DNA of 8,326 nucleotides from Octopus sinensis (Eukaryota), in contig NW_021828461.1 of assembly GCF_006345805.1 (NCBI RefSeq), positions 1 to 8,326 on the forward strand. The letters are read 5' to 3'. The notes below the pieces were generated by a model. That model saw only the letters and a list, made by a program, of their open reading frames with translations, did not search any database and had not been told where the DNA came from. Positions 1 through 7,178 of this stretch are shown here, piece after piece. The translations under genes were made by a program, and so were the position numbers. Every line of letters starts with the position of its first letter. The stretch's first letter is position 1.

Positions 1-89
1 AATGCGTACATAAATACGTATGCCTTCATGCATATATAAGTACATATGTACGTACGTACATACATGCATACAGGTAGACACATGCATAA

Positions 90-141
<52 letters not shown>
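1..141. repeat. Mixed CATA/TA/TG microsatellite
   Basis: Degenerate (CATA/TACG) units, then pure (TA)n to ~125 and (TG)n running into the SINE at 142. Confidence 0.9.
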
Positions 142-144
<3 letters not shown>

Positions 145-516
145 GAGGCGCAATGGCCCAGTGGTTAGGGCAGCGAACTCGCGGTCGTAGGATCGCGGTT
201 TCGATTCCCAGACCGGGCGTTGTGAGTGTTTATTGAGCGAAAACACCTAAAAGCTCCACGAGGCTCCGGCAGGGGATGGTGGTGATCCCTGCTGTACTCT
301 TTCACCACAACTTTCTCTCTCACTCTTACTTCCTGTTTCTGTTGTACCTGTATTTCAAAGGGCCGGCCTTGTCACTCTCTGTGTCACGCTGAATATCCCC
401 GAGAACTACGTTAAGGGTACACGTGTCTGTGCAGTGCTCAGCCACTTACACGTTAATTTCACGAGCAGGCTGTTCCGTTGATTCGGATCAACGGGAACCC
501 TCGTCGTCGTAACCGA
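142..516 (+). mobile_element. tRNA-headed SINE, type A, copy 1 (3' end runs into a TA tract)
   Basis: Pol III A-box TGGCCCAGTGG (154-164) and B-box-like GGTTTCGATTCC (197-208). Near-identical to 7680-8072 (+) and 3952-4333 (-). 3' stem-loop at 472-498. Confidence 0.9.
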
Positions 517-529
517 TATATATATATAT

Positions 530-777
530 GTAGTGGCTTAGTGGTTAGGGTGTCAGCACCATGATCGTAAGATTGTGGTTTTGATTCCTGGACTGGGCGA
601 CGCATTGTGTTCTTGAGCAAAACACTTCATTTCACGTTGCTCCAGTCCACTCAGCTGGCAAAAATGAGTAACGCTGCGATTGACTGGCGTCCCGTCCAGC
701 TGAGGAACACATACGCCATAGAAACCGGGAAACTGGGCCCGTGAGCCTGGCTAGGCTTTCAAAGGGCGCATTTATTT
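530..777 (+). mobile_element. tRNA-headed SINE, type E (A-like head, different body; V/CORE-like superfamily uncertain)
   Basis: Head GTGGCTTAGTGGTTAGGG...GGTTTTGATTCCTGGACTGGGCG...TTGAGCAAAACAC aligns with the type A head. Body GACTGGCGTCCCGTCCAG resembles V-SINE-like bodies (from recall). Single copy in the window. Confidence 0.7.
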
Positions 778-796
778 CTCTTGTTTCATTATATAT

Positions 797-1018
797 TATT
801 TCTTTACTGCCCACTAGGGGCTAAACATAGAGGGGACAAACAAGGACAGACGTGTTTAAGTCGATTATATTGACCCCCAGTGCGTAACTGGTACTTAATT
901 TATCGACCCCGAAAGGATGAAAGGCAAAGTCGACCTCGGCGGAATTTGAACTCAGAACGTAAAGCCAAACGAAATACTGCTAAGCATTTCGCCCGGCGCG
1001 CTAACGTTTCTGCCAGCT
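797..1018 (-). mobile_element. SINE type C (probable Nin/Deu-domain SINE), slightly 5'-truncated, with 17-bp TSD
   Basis: Reverse complement of 4781-5014. Perfect TSD CTTGTTTCATTATATAT at 780-796 and 1017-1033. Core GCCTTTCATCCTTTCGGGGTCGATAAATTAAGTACCAG resembles the Deu/Nin domain (from recall). Confidence 0.9.
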
Positions 1019-1025
1019 TGTTTCA

Positions 1026-1165
1026 TTATATATATATATATATACATACATACATACATACACACACACATGCACATATATGTGTATCCGTACACACACT
1101 GACATACGTACACACACCATACTTGCATACATACATATCGCATACACGCACTACATTATACATAC
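1026..1165. repeat. (TA)n-(CATA)n-(CA)n compound microsatellite
   Basis: Direct reading. It begins inside the right TSD copy of the SINE. Confidence 0.9.
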
Positions 1166-1283
1166 GCTAAACACGACGGAGTATTATACATCTACCTCAC
1201 TTAATGTAAAGTACACCACATACAGCTAACCGCCTACAGCAGCATCAAACATTACATCAGACACTACATCATACAACACATCA

Positions 1284-1419
1284 GGTTACTTATTTTATCG
1301 ATCTCGAAAGAATGAATGGCAAGGTTGAACTCGGCGGAATTTGAACTCACAACGTAAAGACGGATGAAATGCCGCTAAGCATTTTTGATAGGCGTACTAA
1401 CGAATCTGCCTGTTCACCG

Positions 1420-1423
<4 letters not shown>
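1284..1423 (-). mobile_element. Older, diverged partial SINE type C (head and core only)
   Basis: TTATCGATCTCGAAAGAATGAATGGCAAGGTTGAACTCGGCGGAATTTGAACTCACAACGT aligns with 899-960, with many substitutions. The 3' half is absent. Confidence 0.8.
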
Positions 1424-1483
<60 letters not shown>

Positions 1484-1517
1484 AAGAAGAAGAAGAAGAA
1501 AAAGAATGATAATAATA

Positions 1518-1553
<36 letters not shown>

Positions 1554-1642
1554 GAGAAGAAGAAGAAGAAGAAGAAGAAGAAGAAGAATGATATAATAAT
1601 ATAATAATAATAATAAATAATAATAATTAATAATAAGAGAAG

Positions 1643-1671
<29 letters not shown>
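1422..1671. repeat. Compound (AAT)n/(AAG)n microsatellite, three alternating blocks
   Basis: Direct reading. Junction motifs GAATGAT (1504, 1586) and TAAGAGAAG (1551, 1634) recur with an 82-83 bp period. Confidence 0.95.
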
Positions 1672-1673
<2 letters not shown>

Positions 1674-2144
1674 GTTATCATGTACATTGTTTTGTCTTGG
1701 TATTAAAGATGGGCTACAGTAAATATTCTGCTCAATACCACAGATTTGCTTGTCAGTTGTTTGACCGTAACCAGTTGAGCATGTCCCTTAGAGGCTGACG
1801 ATATGTGCATCTCTCATCACGAGCAGAGGTAGTGGGGGAACATCATAGCCGTGTGATGAAAGGAATTCTTAGAGGTTTGGATAATTCACCTTTGGAAACA
1901 TGGGTTCGTTCAACATCCTTAAACAACTCTTATTCAGGGACCTTTTGAGCGGGAAGAAAATTCTAACTGGGCCCCACCTGCAAGGTCATGTGCTGTTTAT
2001 CTTGATATGAGATCACCATGTCGCTCACATATGGTTGTGATGCATGTGCCTAGTGGACCCTTATCAGACGAGTAGTCATGATGGGTATACTGGGCTTCGT
2101 ATATTTTACCCTGGTGTCACTTTGATGGTATGCACTGGTCTCTC
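1672..2144 (+). mobile_element. Interspersed repeat type D, copy 1 (probable LINE 3' UTR or non-autonomous retroelement with TAA tail)
   Basis: Roughly 80% similar by eye to 2590-2994. It starts abruptly at the GAA tract and ends directly in (TAA)n. No ORF and no Pol III boxes seen. Confidence 0.7.
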
Positions 2145-2193
<49 letters not shown>

Positions 2194-2205
2194 TAATAAT
2201 AATAT
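2145..2205. repeat. (TAA)n microsatellite
   Basis: Direct reading. Confidence 0.95.
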
Positions 2206-2433
2206 GCTCATATCCTACGCAAAATACTTTCTATGTAATCTCAAGGTTTAAAACAAACATAATTTTCGGTTTTTTTTTTTAGACATTCATTAGTACAACA
2301 CCATAAACTCCCCCCCTAAATATATGGCACACTAGACATAACAACAACATGAACTTCCAACCTGTTGTCTCTTGAGGTCTCTGGGTGAGACTTGGAGCCA
2401 ACTTGTACAAATATAAAGCAAAACTCAAACATA

Positions 2434-2434
<1 letters not shown>
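2206..2434 (+). mobile_element. 5'-truncated 3' end of a probable restriction-like-endonuclease (R4/Dong-type) non-LTR retrotransposon
   Basis: 2206-2238 reads AHILRKILSM*, matching the typical G-T-A-H-I-L-R-K/R-x-L C-terminus of R4/Dong-like ORFs (from recall). A ~195-nt 3' UTR follows, including GAGGTCTCTGGGTGAGACTTGGAGCC. (TAA)n lies on both sides. Confidence 0.6.
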
Positions 2435-2495
<61 letters not shown>

Positions 2496-2518
2496 TAATA
2501 ATAATAATAATAATATAA
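2435..2518. repeat. (TAA)n microsatellite
   Basis: Direct reading. Confidence 0.95.
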
Positions 2519-2529
2519 CTGCAACAACA

Positions 2530-2994
2530 AATGCCTTGATGCTTTACTAGGCAATGACTCGCATGGCTTCTAAGCTTAGCTGATTGGAAGATGGTCTACT
2601 GTAAATATTCTGCTCAATACCGCAGATTTTGTTCTCATTTGCTTGCTCTTAACCAGTTGAGCACGTTCCTTAGTAGCTGGCGATATGTTCATCTCTGATA
2701 ATGAGCAGGTGTAGTGGAAGAGCATCATAGCCATGTGTTGAGAGGAATTCTTTGGCGTTTGAATAATTCACCCCTAGAAACATGGGTATTTCATTCATCA
2801 TCCTTAAACAAGCCTTATTCAGAGACCTTTTGAGCAGGATGGCTACTCAACCTGAAGAAAATTCTAACTGCGTCCCGACTGCAAGATCATGCACTGTTTA
2901 TCTTGATATGAGATCACCGTGTTGCGCACATATGGTTGTGATGCTTGTGTCTGGTGCACCCTTATCGGGCAGTTGTTTATCTCTTCGTATATTT
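2530..2994 (+). mobile_element. Interspersed repeat type D, copy 2 (3'-truncated)
   Basis: Aligns with copy 1 from ~2590 (TAAATATTCTGCTCAATACC ... GAAGAAAATTCTAACTG ... CTTCGTATATTT). It lacks the 36-nt block at 1673-1708 and keeps a ~16-nt block missing from copy 1. The 2530-2589 part is assigned by inference only. Confidence 0.7.
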
Positions 2995-3078
2995 GTATAT
3001 TTAAGAAAACATTACGGACGCCACAGACAAAACATTGAAAGTTTGTGTGTGCGTGCGTGCGTTTAAATAAGTTTAACG

Positions 3079-3498
3079 GGATCTTTTTGATTTGAACGGC
3101 AGTTTTTTCTAGCGGTGTCATATGAAATTGTCACCCATAATTATGACCCTAGTATCAATCTATTGCATTTCAATCTGTTTTAGGGTTAGGGTTAGGGGTG
3201 GGGGGAAGGGTATCTTTTTTTCTTCACAAATGTAAATAAACCCAATGTGTTTCTTAAACGAAGGACATATTCATACGGCACAGAATGTTTTTTTACCTCA
3301 ATGGACGTCATTGATTGGTTAAAATTGCAGAAATTGAAGAAAAAAAAAAAACAAATATCTTACAAACTATAGAATTTTCTCAATAAAGCCAAGAGAAAAA
3401 GATGTTTTATAAACACATTCTACCAGTATACGAAGTTTAAAATTTTTTAGTTACCTAGAAATTATTTTTAAAAACTGCCGGTCAAACCGAAAAGATCC
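3079..3498. mobile_element. Non-autonomous DNA transposon (MITE), 420 bp, 29-bp TIRs, 8-bp TSD
   Basis: TIR GGATCTTTTTGATTTGAACGGCAGTTTTT (3079-3107) matches the reverse complement of 3470-3498 at 26/29. Perfect TSD GTTTAACG at 3071-3078 and 3499-3506. No ORF. Internal (TTAGGG)3 at 3180-3197. Confidence 0.88.
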
Positions 3499-3791
3499 GT
3501 TTAACGTAAAAAAAATTAACAATGTGTAATCCTCAATTGGGAGGATAAGTTCGAGGGTTGCTCGTGGAAAATCCCCGTAAAACCACGGGTGCCCTGAGTT
3601 TTGGGGCAGGTGCTGTCTTTTTTTTTTTTCTCAGTTCCTCATCTCCGATTACAGTCGTATGCTCCCGGGGCGGGATCGTTCACTTGCACCGCGCTTGCCA
3701 GTATCATCGAAATGGCTGGAAGACAACACTTTCCTCTCCGCTTTAAATTTCTTCTCCAAAGGAAACTTGAAGTTTGTACAAGTGTTTGTCG

Positions 3792-3858
3792 CTATAATAC
3801 AATGATGTACAAATGTCTCTTTATGGTGACCTCATTTGTCATTTGTCATTCCATCTAC
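3792..3858 (+). repeat. Degenerate direct copy of 4469-4528
   Basis: 52/60 identity plus a 7-nt insertion (GTCATTC, 3845-3851). Confidence 0.8.
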
Positions 3859-3951
3859 TGAACGTTCTATGGTAAGAGTAATCCCTTCAAGGAGAGCCAA
3901 CTTCCAGGCTTTACAGAGGATTCTTTAAAGCAAATAAATACCAGAAGGAGT

Positions 3952-4333
3952 GAAGCACTCCGTCGGTTACGACAACGAGGGTTCCGGTTGATCCGATCAA
4001 CGGAACAGCCTGCTCGTGAAATTAACGTGTAAGTGGCTGAGCACTCCACAGACACGTGTACCCTTACCGTAGTTCTCGGGGATATTCAGCGTGACACAGA
4101 GAGTGACATGGCCGGCCCTTTGAAATATAGGTACAACAGAAACAGGAAGTAAGAGTGAGAGAAAGTTTTGGTGAAAGGGTACAGCAGGGATCACCATCAT
4201 CCCCTGCTGGAGCCTCGTGGAGCTTTAGGTGTTTTCGCTCAATAAACACTCACAACGCCCGGTCTGGGAATCGAAACCGCGATCCTACGACCGCGAGTCC
4301 GCTGCCCTAATCACTGGGCCATTGCGCCTCCAC
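3952..4333 (-). mobile_element. SINE type A, copy 2
   Basis: Reverse complement of 142-516 and 7680-8062. Probable 10-bp TSD CAGAAGGAGT (3942-3951) / CAGAGGGAGT (4333-4342), 9/10 match. Confidence 0.9.
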
Positions 4334-4468
4334 AGAGGGAGTAAGGGAACCCTGACTGTTGTCAGCGCATCCTTTTAGGAGAGTGACTCTCTGATGTAAA
4401 ACCTGCAGCTTCATGCGGTTACTAGTCATCTCGCTAGAGCCTGTCGTTAGGTACTAATCACAAAAGTT

Positions 4469-4650
4469 CTATAATCCAATGACGTGCAGATGGCGCTTTA
4501 TGGTGACGTCATATGTCATTTCATCTACGCCATATTGGATGAGATCTCGCGGCCGCCATTGCCATCTCCGAGACTGGAGCGAGGCCTAATCTGCATCCAT
4601 TTGCCATGCGCGAGATCACAACGAAGCTCGCGATGGAAACTATATAAAGG
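4469..4650 (+). promoter_or_regulatory. Pol II promoter-like motif cluster, possibly the U3 region of an LTR
   Basis: CCAAT 4476-4480, TGACGT 4480-4485, GATGGCG (YY1-like) 4489-4495, perfect CRE TGACGTCA 4504-4511, ATTGG 4534-4538, GCCGCCAT 4552-4559, TATATAAAG 4641-4649. The segment is CpG-rich. Confidence 0.4.
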
Positions 4651-4780
4651 GTAAACCGATTCAGACCTATCTTTTTTGGCGCCACCTTCACAGCAGCACT
4701 GGCTGAACACCACCACTGGCTGAGGCTTTCTGCCTGTCTATCTCCAGAGGCAATGTGGCCACACTGTTGGAGCTTAAGAT
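4641..4780 (+). repeat. 140-bp direct repeat, left copy (long TSD of the SINE at 4781-5014)
   Basis: 136/140 identical to 5015-5154 with no indels. Abuts the SINE 5' end. Confidence 0.95.
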
Positions 4781-5014
4781 AAGGCGGTGAGTTAGCAGAA
4801 ACGTTAACGTGTCGTGCGGAATGCTTAACGGTATTTCGTCTGCCGTTACGTTCTGAGTTCAAATTCCGCCGAGGTCGACTTTGCCTTTCATCCTTTCGGG
4901 GTCGATTAAATAAGTACCAGTTACGCACTGGGGTCGATATAATCGACTTAATCCGTTTGTCTGTCCTTGTTTGTCCCCTCTGTGTTTAGCCCCTTGTGGG
5001 TAGTAAAAGAAATA
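4781..5014 (+). mobile_element. Full-length SINE type C
   Basis: Head AAGGCGGTGAGTTAGCAGAAACG and B-box GAGTTCAAATTCC. Homologous to 797-1018 and 7179-7412. Ends GTAAAAGAAATA. Confidence 0.92.
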
Positions 5015-5154
5015 TATATAAAGGGTAAACCGATTCAGACCTGTCTTTTTTGGCGCCACCTTCACAGCAGCACTGGCTGAACACCACCACTGGCTGAGGC
5101 TTTCTGCCTGTCTATCTCCGGAGGCAACGTGCCCACACTGTTGGAGCTTAAGAT
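5015..5154 (+). repeat. 140-bp direct repeat, right copy
   Basis: Abuts the SINE 3' end. Four substitutions versus the left copy, two of them CpG-type. Confidence 0.95.
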
Positions 5155-5541
5155 GGTAGCTGAGAGTAGCACACTTCACCTTTCCTGTAAATAAACCTGT
5201 TGTAAATAGAATTTGTGCTTGAAGTCTTTTCTCTTCGCCTGCCGGAAGCCTGAACTACGTAAAGAACAAGAAAATGATGGAAGCAGACGATATTCCTCCG
5301 ATATCGTAAACCTTGCCTTCCATGATTAAAAGTCCTACGGCGATGGAAGAACGGCAGTATATATTGACCTAACCAGTTGGAAGCACGCAGTAAGTAACAG
5401 CTTTCGTCTGTCACCTGTGCTTCAAACCATGAAGATAGGCAACGGGAGTGAATAGTCATCTGAGAGGTCGTGGATGGAAAGTCAGGGATGCCATTGACAA
5501 CGAGGAAGCTCAAGGTGACAGCAATCACCAGTGAAACAATC

Positions 5542-5611
5542 AACACACACACACACATATATACATGTACACACACACATACATACAAATATATAGATAC
5601 ATACACGTATA
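5542..5611. repeat. (CA)/(TA) microsatellite
   Basis: Direct reading. Confidence 0.85.
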
Positions 5612-6032
5612 GGCGTAGGAGTGGCTGTGTGGTAAGTAGCTTGTTTACCAATCACATGATTCCGGGTTCAGTCCCACTGCGTGGCACCTTGGGCAAGTGT
5701 GTCTTCTACTATAGCCTTGAGCCGACCAAAACCTTGTGAGTGAATTTGGTAGACGGAAACTGAAAGAAGCCCGTCGTATTTATATATATATATATATGTG
5801 TGTATATGTTTGTGTGTCTGTGTTTGTCCCCCTAGCATTGCTTGACAACCGATGCTGGTGTGTTTATGTCCCCGTTACTTAGCGGTTCGGCAAAAGAGAC
5901 CGATAGAATAAGTACTAAGCTTACAAAGAATAAGTCCTGGGGTCGATTTGCTCGACTAAAGGCGGTGCTCCAGCATGGCCACAGTCAAATGACTGAAACA
6001 AGTAAAAGAGTAAAAGAGAGAGTAAAAGAGTA
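5612..6032 (+). mobile_element. tRNA-headed SINE type B with internal TA/TG tract and (AGTAAAAG)n tail
   Basis: A-box TGGCTGTGTGG and B-box-like GGTTCAGTCCC. Over 90% similar by eye to the reverse complement of 6611-7007. Confidence 0.9.
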
Positions 6033-6122
6033 TATTAATACACACAACACACAATACGCACCTATACACAAATACATACGCGCACACACACACACACACC
6101 CACACACACACGCTCACACAGA
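6033..6122. repeat. (CA)n-rich microsatellite
   Basis: Direct reading. Confidence 0.85.
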
Positions 6123-6610
6123 GTTTTCGGTTTTTATAAACATTTGTAACTCTACTTAACACATGTTAACTAACAACATTAATAGTCATGTTATCTTCAA
6201 CTTCACTGAAACTAGCAACTAACCGAATCAATATTTTAGTTCATCTCCTCTTGTGCGGCTGCTCATGCGCTTCGCTTTCTTCTTTTCTCTTTCAATAAGA
6301 ATCTAAAAAGAATGCATTAACTTATAAACTTCAGTCGACGTTTGAGCGAAAATACGACGATTCTTCAAAAGACCGACGTGATTAGATCGAAAAGATATCA
6401 AAGAAAGGACGACGGTACTATCTGACTGAGGTTATTCACTTCTGTTGCTGTTACGATGTTTCAAAACATATTCTGGTAGTATTGTTAGTGGATTAGCGGT
6501 AGGATTCGTTGAAACACTGTGGTCATGATGTCAGAGGCTCTGACCACGATTACAATAAGCAGGAACGAGGTCTAGAGAAGTTAAACTCTGATTATTAAGT
6601 TAGCCAAACA

Positions 6611-7007
6611 TCTCTTTTACTTGTTTCAGTCATTTGACTGCGGCCATGCTGGAGCACCGCCTTTAATCGAGTAACTCGACCCCGGGACTTATTCTTTTTG
6701 TAAGCCCAGTACTTATTCTATCGTTCTCTTTTGCCGAACCGCTAAGTGACGGGGACATAAACACACCAGCATCGGTTGTCAAGCAATGCTAGGGGGACAA
6801 ACACAGACACACAAACACACACACGCATATATATATATATACATATATACGACGGGCTTCTTTTCAGTTTCCGTCTACCAAATCCACTCACAAGGCTTTG
6901 GTTGACCCGAGGCTATAGTAGAAGACACTTGCCCAAGGTACCACGCAGTGGGACTGAACCCAGAACCATGTGGTTGGTAAACAAGCTACTTACCACACAG
7001 CCACTCC
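6611..7007 (-). mobile_element. SINE type B, inverted copy
   Basis: Reverse complement of 5618-6010 along its whole length. No TSD found. Confidence 0.9.
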
Positions 7008-7052
7008 AATTCAAAAAAATAGTACTTCCACTGGTTACAGGGGTGAGAGGTA

Positions 7053-7178
7053 CTTATGGCCAACACCACTGCCTCCGCCACCGCCGCCGCCTCTGCCCTT
7101 GCTGTCTCCGCCACTACCACCGCCGCTGCCCCTCAATACCGTTGCCGCTGCCGCTATCATCACCGCTTCCACCGTTAC
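7053..7178. repeat. Cryptic (ACC/GCC)n trinucleotide low-complexity tract, left part
   Basis: Direct reading. It continues after the SINE. Confidence 0.85.

Noticed and set aside
142-220. tRNA genes at SINE heads (also 5612, 4781, 7680)
   Set aside because: They have A and B boxes but no clean cloverleaf, and each continues into a repeated SINE body.
880-1170. ORFs starting MRNWYL... (also 4521-4928 and 4859-5179)
   Set aside because: Antisense reading of SINE C running into microsatellite or the duplicated flank.
1385-1687. Poly-N/K/I/E and poly-L/Y/F ORFs
   Set aside because: Pure translations of (AAT)n/(AAG)n microsatellite.
3180-3197. True telomere or chromosome-fusion relic
   Set aside because: Only three units, located inside a TIR element.
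3654-3677. Minus-strand peptide DPAPGAYD resembling a PGPGAY (STPG/ODF3) repeat
   Set aside because: A single short match followed by a stop within four codons, with no repeat array.
3997-4249. Repeated ORFs MFIERKHLKL... and MMVIPAV... (also 7764-8016)
   Set aside because: They recur only because they lie in copies of SINE A, and the frames are not preserved in all copies.
5148-5651. Longest ORF (167 aa, minus strand), with a possible exon 5180-5459 (CTCAG|ATG acceptor, AAG|GTGAAG donor)
   Set aside because: It starts in SINE B, crosses a TG tract, shows no recognisable domain and overlaps the LTR-like segment. RNA-seq or homology would be needed.
6519-6547. Hairpin GTGGTCA...TGACCAC with ATGATG and CTGA, resembling C/D snoRNA boxes
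   Set aside because: Far too short for a snoRNA, and the C box is imperfect.
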